Positions 43,634 to 54,500 of a stretch of DNA of 64,000 nt are shown in pieces. The stretch is from NCBI RefSeq assembly GCF_963506605.1, contig NC_083277.1, forward strand, positions 17,794,001 through 17,858,000, written 5' to 3'. Source of the stretch: Zootoca vivipara. Lineage: Eukaryota. The notes beneath the pieces are model-generated. The model did no database searches, had not been told where the DNA came from, and saw nothing but the letters and a program-made list of their open reading frames with translations. The position numbers were made by a program, and so were the translations under genes. The stretch's first letter is position 1. Every line of letters starts with the position of its first letter.

Positions 43634-46600
43634 TTTTATTTATACCCCTTCCTCCCCAGTCAAAATCTGGCTCAGGGCAGCTAACACCAATAAAATTACA
43701 ATAAGACACAAAAGAAAAGAAAACAATAAATTAATATACAGATTAAAATACAATATTAAAATTTAAAATGCAGCCTCATTTTAAGTAGTCCATAAATCAA
43801 AACCATGAGGGAGGAAAACACAGGGGTCAGACTGAATCCAACTCAAAGGCCAGGCGGAACAGCTCTGTCTTGCAGGCCCTGCGGAAAGATGACAAATCCC
43901 GTAGGGCCCTGGTCTCCTGTGAAAGAGCGTTCCACCAAGTTGGGGCCAATACTGAAAAGGCCCTGGCCCTAGTTGAGGCCCATCTAGCCACCTTATTGCT
44001 CGGGATCTCCAGAATATTGTTGTTTGTGGACCTTGAGGTCCTCTGCAGGGCATACCAAGAGGGGCATACCAGCATATCCGCCCCACCCCCAAACCAGTGA
44101 TTGTGTGTAAAGTGGATCAAGGCCTCGCATAGTGGTTTGACAGGTAGTGTGTTCATAATGAAAGTTGTGATAAGCCACCTAGAGAATATTGTGGATGGGC
44201 ATAAATGTAAATAAGCAAGTGGAGATTTATAAAGCCAGCATGGTGGATGAAGGGGAGAGCAGAGAAAGGGAGTGAAGGAAATTCTCTCTTTGGCTCACCC
44301 CTCCCATGGTGATGTCTCCCCATGCCCAGTATCTCCTCAGCTGAGTTTCCCCAGCCACTCTGGGCAGCTCCCAACAGATTAAAAACAGAATAAAACATCA
44401 AATATTAAAAACTTCCCTAAACAGGGCTACCTTCAGATGTCTTCTAAAAGTCAGATAGTTGTTTATTTCCTTGACAATCTGATGGGAGGGCGTTCCAAAG
44501 GGCAGGTGCCACCACCAAGAAGGCCCTCTGCCTGGTTCCCTGTAACTTTGCTTCTCGCAGGGAGGGAACCGCCAGAAGGCCCTTGGCGCTGGACCTCAGT
44601 GTCCGGGCTGAGCAATGGGGGTGGAGATGCTCCTTCTGGTAAGGTATCTCTTTGCTCCCCTCCTCCCTCCATCCTATCTACTGTGTCATGTCCCACCAAC
44701 CGGAGAAAAGGTACATCCTTGGAGAAGGAAGCAGAGTCAATGTGACCCTTGCACCTTGCACAGATCCTGCAACCTTCATGCCTGTCTTTAATACTGGTCT
44801 GAATGCATGAGAGAACCGTACCTGCTCAAGGTGTTTTTGAGATCCTAGAGATGGGAGAGAGAACAGAAAGTTAGATCAGGCTAATCAGACATACATAGCC
44901 CATTGTTCCACATTGTTCAAGTTCCATATTCCTGCATTGCAGGGGGTTGGAAAATATGACCCTCTTGGTCCCTTCCAGCTCCACAATTCTCTGATTTTAA
45001 GAATTTCTACTCTTAACTTCTCTCATTGCAAGGTCTCTCCGGATACTTTGCCTGAAGCAGAGGGACAATGCTTGCATCTTTTCTCTGCTTAAGCGTCTTA
45101 ATATTTATTCCCAGGTGAAAACACACTTTAAATACTTGTAACGTCATCTGTTTGCAGTCGTTACTTCTGCCCTGCCAGTCCTTTTTCTCCCATCTTCCTT
45201 TTGTTATTTCCCCCCCAAAGGCTTTTTTATTTTGAAAAGTAAATAAATAAAAAGGTTTTCATCTGTTCAAACAACAAAGAGATAAAAGAAATAACAATGA
45301 GTACTAACCATCTCTCTCTCTCTCTCTTTGGCACGTTCATCAGCTGGCCAAACTCTGACATCACTCTGATGCAAGGTGATTGACAAGTTGGAAACCCCAC
45401 CCACTTTTCATGCAGCCTCCAGGAGTATGGGGAAAATAATGACCCGGCCCACTGGACAGATCCCCTACTCCTGCTTTAGAGAGTCTATGGTGTTTTTGTA
45501 ATATTTGCTTTTCTTAAGCAAGACGAATGCCTCGTGCAACGAAAAACTCACTAGATGAAAGCGTCTAGTGATTCTTTGCTGCCTCGCAAGACGATTTTTG
45601 GGGCCTTTTTTATTATTGCTGTCTGCCCTTTGTTTCCGCAAGACGAAAATTTTCGTAAGACGGCACGACCCACGGAACAAATTATTTTCTTCTTGCGAGG
45701 TACCACTGTATACAGGAAGAGCCTGAAGGTGCTGTTGCTAAACATCAAATCTGCAGAGAGATCCTGCAACCGCAACATGCTTTCAGTCCCTCAATTGAAG
45801 TCACATGCTCACTGTTAGAATCATAAAATCGTAGTCACCTAGTCCAACTCCCTGCAGTGCAGAAAATCTCAACACTTGGTTTCCCATCCGATTTGAAACC
45901 ATAGCGAACCCTTCTTAGCTTTGTGCTAGCAGTTTTGTTGCTACACCGCTGATTTGCCAATGTTGTGTGACTAGCCCTTGAATTGGCTCCCTCCAGGAAA
46001 TTCAAGCGAGAACACTAAGCCACATGTGAAGACCAAAAAAAGCCCAGTTCACTGCTCCATTCTAGATCATCAGACCTTTTCCAGCCCCGTACATGGTAGT
46101 GAGTTAGGTCCTGAATACAAGCAGGAGCTGTCCTCCAAATAAACATGTGGGAGGACAATTCCCCCCATGCTAGATCTAGATTTACCCCATGCCTGTCTAA
46201 ATTTAGTAGCCCTGAGGCCCCAGAGCAGGGGTAGGCAACCTAAGGCCCGGGTGCCGGATGTGGCCCAATCGCCTTCTCAATCCGGCCTGCAGATGGTATG
46301 GGAATCAGCGTGTTTTTACATGAGTAGAATGTGGCCTTTTATTTAAAATGCATCTCTGGGTTATTTGTGGAGCATAGGCATTCATTCATTCCCCCCCCCC
46401 CCAAAAAAATATAGTCCGGCCCACCACATGGTCTGAGGGACGGTGGACCAGCCCATGGCTGAAAAAGGTTGCTGACCCCTGTCCCAGAGGAAGGATCCCT
46501 GCTCTCCTTACCTTGAGGAATTCACTCACAGGTTGCTTACATCTCTCTTCCACATCACGGACAAGGTCATGAAGGTTGGAAATCTCTGATGTGGCGGTCT

Positions 46601-49186
46601 TCTCCTCCATTATCACTTCCTTCTGCAGCTGTTCTAGCCTGGCCAGCAGGAATTCTTCTTGATCCTCTAGAAACTGATGGAGCTGCTCAAATTCAGACAC
46701 AATCTTCTTCCCTTCGGAGTCTAACCTTTCCTGCAAAGAGCAGGTCAAAAGGAAGGCAGGGAAGGTCAACAGAAAATGTTACGGTATAGAGTTGTGGCAT
46801 TATCACCTGAACCACCGACTTTCCCCATCACTCAGCATTCACAGAGGAAAAGCACTACTTGCTGATATTTTTCTTGTTATGCACCTATTAAAGACACAGA
46901 AGCCGGGGGGGGGGATGGGCAACTTGGACTGCTTTCATCCACCTGGCAGCCCTCCACATGTTTTAAACTCCAATCAGGTGTTAAGTCTGAGAACTGCTGA
47001 CTTACCAGACGTTTCAAGCTTCTTCTCGCTTCAGCTAATTTCAGGGCCTGGAGTTCCTCTGTCTTTTGCTTCCAGATCTTCAGTTGCATCTGAAAGTGTT
47101 CCTTTTCAACAGAGAAATTATAAGCAGGCTTTTGGGGCATGGAGGTGGGAGTGGGGAACCTAGTAGCCTATAGTAACATAGGAAGGGGGAAGTGCTTTTT
47201 GTTTTTATTATGTATTTTGTGTTTTTATGTTGTGAACCGCCCTGAGATCTATGGATAAAGGGTGCTATACAAATTTAGTAGTAGTAGTAGTAGTAGTAAT
47301 TTATTATTTATACCCTGCCCATAATAATAATAATATATTATTTATACCCCGCCCCAGCCACTCTGGGCGGCTTCCAACAAAACATTAAAATACAGAAATC
47401 CAACAAACATTAAAAGCGTCCCTAAACAGGGCTGCCTTCAGATGTCCTCTAAAAGTCTGGTAGTTGTTGTTCTCTTTGACATCTGGTGGGAGGGTGGGTG
47501 CCACTACGAAGAAGGCCCTCTGCCTGGTTCCCTGTAACTTGGCTTCTCACAGCGAGGGAACCGCCAGAAGGCCCTTGGCACTGGACCTCATGAACAATGG
47601 GGTTGGAGACGCTCCTTCAGGTATACAACAACAACAACAACAACAACAACGGGGAGGTAACTTATGAGTCTGAGCAACCTGTGTGGGGCTTAGTAAGTCA
47701 CATAATTCTCACTTGAAATAATCAGCAAAAGGGATAACGTGCTTCCTGCCAGTTCTACATATGGCAAGAGTCAACACACTTGAATAACTTGACCACATTC
47801 ATGGCATGTATTTAAATTGCTATTATCACTTTAAACAGTCAAGGCTTCCCTGAAAGAATTATGGGAACTGTAGTTTGTTAAGGGCACTGAGAGCTCCCCT
47901 CGCAGAACTACACTTCCCAGAGCAGCTGAAGAATCAGCCCCCCTTCACAGAGTGCTCTGGGGATTGTAGCTCTGTGAGGGAAATGGGGGGGGGGGTCTCC
48001 TAACACTTCTCAGCACCCTCAACAAACTACGTCTCCTAGAATTCTTCGGGGGAAGGTGTGACTGCTTAAAGCGGCGCCATAGCACTTTAAATGTGTGGTA
48101 TGAATGTGACCATAGTCATGTTCATTAATTTCAAGGGGTCTACGCTGAGTAAATCACATGTAAGAAGCTACCTTATACCAAGCCCATCTAGCTGTGTATT
48201 GTTCACACGAGCGTTCACACGTATTGTTCACACGATCGTTCCTCAACCTTAGGCCCTTCATATGTTGTTGGACTATAACTCCCATCATCCCTAGCTAGCA
48301 GGACCAGTGGTCAGGGATGATGGGAGTTTTAGTCCAACAACAAGGTAGAGAAAGGCTGGTTTACACCGACCAACCCATAGCAGCTCCCCAAAGGCAGGAA
48401 ACATTCCCTGTCTCCCCTGGAGATACTAGGGATTGAACCATGGATGTTCTGCAAGCGGTCCAGATACTCCACCCTGCCTGAGCTACGCCCCTTTCCCCAA
48501 AACCAGGGGTCAGCAACCTTTTTCAGCTGTGGGCCACTCCACCATCCCTCAGACCATGTGGTGGGCTGGACTATTTTTTTTTGGGGTGGTGGTGGTGAAC
48601 GAATTCCTATGACCCACAAATAACCCAGAGATGCATTTTAAATAAAAGCACACATTCTACTCATGTAAAAGCAAGCTGATTCCTGGAGCGTCCGCAGGCC
48701 GGATTGAGAAGGCGATTGGGCTGCATCCGGCCCACGGGCCTTAGCTTGCCTACCCCTGCCCTAAACTACCTTGTAATCCTGAGCAGCTTCTTCTATCGGA
48801 ACGACAGTGTGATTTTGATGCTCGTTGGAAATAGTGCACACCAAGCAGATGGGCATCTTGTCGTCTTTGCAGAAGACCTTGAGGTGTTCCAAGTGCTTCT
48901 CACAGACTCTCCCCTCTTCCAGTGCTTTGGCAGCTTCCAGATTCAAGCATTTGACTATCTCCACGATTCTCGCCAGATGCTGGTTCTCTCTGAAGCTCTT
49001 TTGGTGGCTGCTTTCCCCACACCGGGGGCAGGACACGCCAGTCTCCTGCCCCCACCAGCACTGAGTGATGCAGGCCTGGCAGAAGTTGTGCCCACAATGT
49101 ACAGACACCGGCTCTTTGAAATACTCCAGGCAGATGGAGCAGGAAGCTTCCTTGCTCAGGTTTCCTAAGAGAGCGTTTGCGTCCAT
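36575..49186 (-). CDS. TRIM27/TRIM39-like class IV TRIM ('TRIM-C'), complete. Exons 49186-48770, 47101-47006, 46730-46512, 44844-44822, 43476-43361, 42366-42247, 37083-36575
   Basis: RING CSIC..CGHNFCQAC..CPRC, B-box CEKHLEHLKVFCKDD, exons of 96/219/23/116/120 bp, PRY-SPRY exon NVTLDRDTA..DNPERFDTYPCVLG..YWEVEV..LDYEEERVAFFD; all GT-AG and in phase. Confidence 0.88.
38057..42108 (+). mobile_element. 5'-truncated L1 LINE: end of ORF1, full ORF2, 3'UTR, poly(A)
   Basis: TSD GAAGAATTATTATTCCAGA (38038-38056, 42109-42127); AATAAA at 42082 and A-tail; ORF1 tail SESEEEEEDKDLSKEPDQD*. Confidence 0.93.
38152..41901 (+). pseudogene. L1 ORF2 (APE endonuclease + RT + C-terminal Cys motif) with a single in-frame TAG at 40030-40032
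   Basis: WNVHGL, LQETH, GDFN, SDHN (EN); KAPGPDG, YRPISLLN, DAEKAFD, GTRQGCPLSP, FADD (RT); CWKC..HMWWTC. The two ORF-track pieces are in the same frame. Confidence 0.92.
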
Positions 49187-49206
49187 GATTCCCTAGTCAG
49201 AAGTGA

Positions 49207-49219
49207 AGTTTCACTTTCC
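49207..49219 (-). promoter_or_regulatory. ISRE / IRF-binding element at the TRIM-C 5' end, with CCAAT (~49261-49266) and CRE-like TGACATCA (~49273-49280)
   Basis: AGTTTCACTTTCC fits AGTTTCNNTTTCC exactly; about 20 bp from the ATG. Confidence 0.6.
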
Positions 49220-50082
49220 TCTGCTCGCTTGGGCGAGTCATTAACTGGCTCCAGCTCCCGGATTGGCTGAGATGACATCAGGCTGCCTTGGAGACAGTAA
49301 ATTCCTGTGAACTGTAATAAGGAAGTCGGATTGACGTTGAGTCCAAGTATTATTTTGCCAAAACAAATTAAGGCTTAATACTGAAGGCAGGCCCCAAACA
49401 GCAGTGGAGTCTGCTTTTAATGTTTCAGTAAGGAGCTTCCAGAGCTTTCTGATCAACATTTTTGGTGTGCGCTTGTGTCTGTAAGCTATTTTTATTTATT
49501 TCAATTAAAGCTTGAAAACACACACAAAGAAAACACAGTATACAGAAATAAACATAAAATACCAAGCATTTTTAACCTAAAAAGCAGAAGAAAAGAGATA
49601 AAGGAAATGAAAAAACCTCCACCCAGAGAGGAGTGCTGGGCTGCAACGCACTAAGGTTGCCCCCCTCAAAAAATTGCAGCCAGGGCTATGGACCCCCTGG
49701 CATCCCCCATATCACAAAAAATTGTGTTTTAGATATTGCAAAAGAAGCTGGACAGCTTCGATAGCCATTGTGGAATGACACTTCCATCCGACTACTGTAC
49801 ACCCAATGACCCACAACTGGGATTGCTTCAGTAATATTTCCCTTTTGGGTGATGCCTCTGTACCTGTTGTGCTATTGTTTGCTTGCTTGCTTGCTTGTTG
49901 GTGTTGGTGTGCATGCATTTTAAAATTAGTTTTTATTGAAGTTATTTTTTTGTGATACAAACCAAACAAATAACCTACGTATGGCGTCCCTGCTTTCAAA
50001 TCATAGTCTTTTGAGCACTGTTTGTTTGCATTCAGTATGAGACACTATTTTCCTAGGGTTGGGGGGGGATAATGATTGTTGT

Positions 50083-50420
50083 CAGGGCCGGATTTAGGTT
50101 TGATGAGGCCCTAAGTTGTCCCGTTGTCCTTTGTCAACAACAAATTGTCGCTATTTTTGTGTTGAATATACTGTATGCTATATGGTAATTTATGGACCTA
50201 ATACCGGTAGGTATCGAAAACCATTTGCACATAACAAATAGGAGGCTACACAACACAAAACACTGTTGCTGTCTGTAGGATTTATTTTATTTGTTTTTTA
50301 TCTTATATTTTGGAAATGTACATCCATTTCCCCCCCTTTAATTATTATTTTTTGGGGGGCCCCCAAGAGAGTGGGACCCTAAGGAGCTATAGCTTGTTCA
50401 GCTTATATGTAAATCCGGCA
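50083..50420 (-). mobile_element. hAT MITE, same family as 52043-58290
   Basis: CAGGGCCGGATTTAGG terminus and reverse-complement internal similarity. Confidence 0.7.
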
Positions 50421-50454
50421 ATAACAACAATTTGCTGTTGGGTATTGCAGTCCG

Positions 50455-51018
50455 GCCCTTTCACGGATCACTGCATTGTCGTGGCGAAGGGGCTTGAATA
50501 ACTCGAAGAAGCTATGAGCTATGCCATGCAGGGCCACCCAAGATGGACAGGTCATAGTGGAGAGTTTTGACTAAACGTGATCCACGTGGATCAGGAACTG
50601 GCAAGCTACTCCAGTATCCCTGCCAAGAAAAATCCATGGACAAAGACAACAGGCAGATAGAAGTTATGAGGAGACTCTTGAGAGCCCCATGGACTGCTAG
50701 AAGATCAAACCTATCCATTCTGAAGGAAATCAGCCCTGAGTGCTCACTGGAAGGACAGATTGTGAAGCTGAGGCTCTAGTACTTTGGCCACCTCATGAGA
50801 AGAGAGGACTCCCTGGAAAAGACCCTGATGTTGGGAAAGATGGAGGGCACAAGGAGAAGGGGACGATAGAGGACAAGATGGTTGGACAGTGTTCTTGAAG
50901 CCGCCAACATGAGTCTGACTAAACTGCGGGAGGCAGTGGAAGACAGGAGTGCCTGGCGTGCTCTGGTCCATGGGGTCACGAAGAGTCGGACACGACTAAA
51001 CGACTAAACAACAACAAC
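50455..51018 (+). mobile_element. Internally deleted BovB (5'UTR fused to 3' end)
   Basis: TSD ATTGCAGTCCG (50444-50454, 51019-51029); BovB-like 5' sequence; RT C-terminal fragment; GACACGACTAAACGACTAAAC(AAC)n tail. Confidence 0.8.
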
Positions 51019-51513
51019 ATTGCAGTCCGAAACAGCTTCAGGATGCCAGGTTGGTGGAGCGCAGAAGCGCAGATTTGTTATTATCTCCTTTTTATCTAAT
51101 TCGTTTGAAACTGAAAATCAATAAAACACAAATGGGGGGAAAAAGCCACCCACTTTTCAGAAGACGCATAGAGAGGACTGGGCTGGAAACCAGCTATTTC
51201 CCATAACGCGGCCTTCCCCATCCTTGTGCCCTGCAGACGTTTCGGACTACAATACCCATCACGCGTGCACGCTGGCAGGGGCTGATGGGTACTGTAGTCC
51301 GAAACGTCTGCAGGGCACAAGGTTAGTGGAGCGCAGAAGCGCAGATGCTCCGGCGCCTCTTGGGCGCGCAGAGCGTTACGCTCCCCAACTGGAGGAGTCC
51401 TCAGTCCTAATCCTCTCCCTGGCTCGGCCTCTCAGCCTGAGCTACGGAGCGCCATTGAGCCCGGAGGACCAGGCACTGCTACTGTTTCTGCTATTGCCGC
51501 CGCCGCCGCCGCC

Positions 51514-54500
51514 ATGGAGAACCCGGTGGAGAGCCTGCACAAAGAAGCCACTTGCTCCATCTGCCTGGAGTACTTCCGCGACCCGGTCTCCATCCCTTGC
51601 GGGCACAGCTTCTGCAGGTCGTGCATCGCGCAGTGCTGGAAGGAGCGCAGCACCGACTTCTCGTGCCCTCAGTGCCGGGTGGTGTCCCTGCAGAGGAATT
51701 TCAGGCCCAACCGCGAGCTGGGCAACGTGGTGGAGATCGCCAAGAGGCTGGGCTCCGGCGCCGAGCAGGAGGAGCCGGGAGGCGGCGGCGGGAGGCAGGT
51801 GTGCGAGAAGCACCGCGAGGCGCTGAAGCTCTTCTGCAGCGAGGAGGAAGACCTCATCTGCTGCATCTGCCGGGAGTCCCGAGCGCACAGGAGCCACGCT
51901 GTGTTCCCCGTGGAGGAAGCGGCCCAGGATTATAAGGTGAATAGTGGGGGGCACACGCGCGCACACTTGACTGGTGCTATTTGGCGCCCTATTGGGGCAC
52001 CCCCTCCTCAGAATGGTGGAACATAGGAAAGTGCCTCCCACCCAGTGCTGGATTTACTTATAAGCTAAACAAGCTATAGCTTAGGCCCCCAAAAATTTGA
52101 AGGAAAAACAAACAAACCTGGATGTACATTTCCAAAATATAAGATATAAAATAAAATAAAATAAAACCTACATACAGCAAATGAAACAAGAAGTCAACAA
52201 GGAATGCATTTAAGGAATATTTGAGAAACAATAACATAAAAGAAACCCCTTTGGAAGAGCTAGACTGAACCTTGTACAGTATATTATAAATCTATATTAC
52301 AAATGTTTAAATATATGAATAAGTAAGGGGAAGGTAATATGTATACAAAACTGTGTGAAAACATCCAAATAATAGACAAAATACAGCAAGTTTAATTGGA
52401 AGTCATTTTAAAATTAAGGCAAGAGAATATAAGTTGGAAAGTGATAGAATAATTGGTTTTATGTTCATTGTTTTGTTATTTGTTACTGGAACGTATAATT
52501 TATGTTTGTAAGTATATGTATGTAATTTGTTTGTATGTAATTTGTTTGCAATATAATTTTTAAATAATAAAGATCTATACATAAAAAACACTACATACAG
52601 CAACAGTGTTTTGTGTTGTTGTGTAGGCTCCTATGTGTCGGAGAACCAGCCGACTCTTAGGTGCGAGGAAATCATGAGACGAGAGTCAGGAGTTTCAGAT
52701 AGAGAGCATGAGCAGAGTGCTGAGCGAAGTGCGCTGAGCAGAGTGCTGACTGCCTCTCAGCCTCAGCTCCTTTATTATGGATGGTTTCCTTGTAAAAAAC
52801 ATTAACCTTTAACCTATACATGACTCATGCAAACAAGGAAGATGTGTAAACAGACAGGCTGGCGCCAGTGGTCACTTGATTGATTACCCCCAATAAACCT
52901 GTGCCTTACACAGAGAACTCCATTTGTACATTCCCACAGAGTGTTTCCTGTGTACATTCCCACATCACCTCTTTCTTTTTATTTTTAAGCAACAGGGTAA
53001 ATTAACACGTGGGAAGCCAGATAGGGAGTCGCTGATACCTCGCAATGAAGGCTCCACGTGAAATTCCAGTGGAGGGGCGTGCAGCCTGAAACCAGGTCAT
53101 GCATTGACCAAAGAGGGAGGGTAAACATTGAATGCAGCAACATAACATAACCAAGCCACAGGCTAATCCCATAACCGTCAAAAGTGTTTTCCTGATCCAG
53201 GCACCGTTAGGCAACCAAGACAGCAGCCATTCCCATGGATCAAAACCCACGGCAGGTTGCAAGGGCTGTGCAGCCACCAAGTTCTCCATTTCTTGTATAG
53301 TATGAGTAATGTTAGGACCATTATCTTGCACATACATGCAACAATGACTATGTATTAAGGCACATACGCCTCTTTTCGAGGCTAAAATCACATCCTGTAA
53401 TTCTGTATTGATCAATTTCATGCCTTTAACTGTGTCATTGAACAAAGCCTCTGTCCAGTTAGCTAAGTGATGCAAATCTCTATAATTCATTTTGCTACTC
53501 CTAATAATGGCAAAATACTACGAGCTATCTGAGTATCAGTATATTGTGTTATAGGGGCATTGACTTCGTGTTTATTGCGCAAGCGGGTGCGAGGAAGAGC
53601 ATCTAACTTATACACCAGTGGTATCACTACCCCTAGAGTGCAAGTCCCTGAAAAAGCAGAGGGAATCTCTTTGTATGCATTCTTACCACACAAAAGCCAC
53701 AGATTTGATTGTAACACGCATGTGGATCTCCAACTCTTCTTCATCCAATCAAACCATGAATAAAAAGCACGGCATGTAGCCTGTTGGTAATATGTCATGT
53801 ATCTGGTAACATTATTAATTGTTACCTTGGGCCTACCGCTTTGGGTAGTGACGTTAAGAAAACAAGAGCTACCATTAACATATAAGTCCAATTACAATAA
53901 GGATAATGACCTAAAAATCTGCTACTATCGTGATTAAAACGAAAACATCGTGGAGCTACTTCTAATAATGATAATATAACAGGGGGTGAACTAATACGAT
54001 TATCTCTCATATTATTACTAATTCTAAAAGAATCATTAATAGGAATACCATGCAGTAATATCCCCTGAATGACTTGACTGTGAGGGAATATGTAAGCAAA
54101 TCCAACAATCAGAATAGTTAAGCAATTTCGCAAACTGAGAAATATCCTGTACATAGGTATTATTATTCCATATGGAATGATAAGAGTCATGTCTTTGATA
54201 CTTCTGTAAAATGGCAGCACGCCTAGAGCGATTATGGCTTGCAGATCGAATAAATGGAAGGTGATCTTGACGGAGTGCAGCCATATTTAGAGCACGATGC
54301 CGCCAGGTGCAATGGTGTTTCAGACCGGGTGACAGGTGCTGTCCTCCAGAAAGAGTGTAGAAAGGTCTGCCTCCTCCCTCAGCGGCATCTGCGACTGAAT
54401 GGGCTGAAGAAGAAGCTGTAGATGATTGCCAGGGTCGTACACAGCGTGCTGGCACCCACAGAGGGTCCCCATCGATGGCATATCCATGTCCCCAGGCAAT

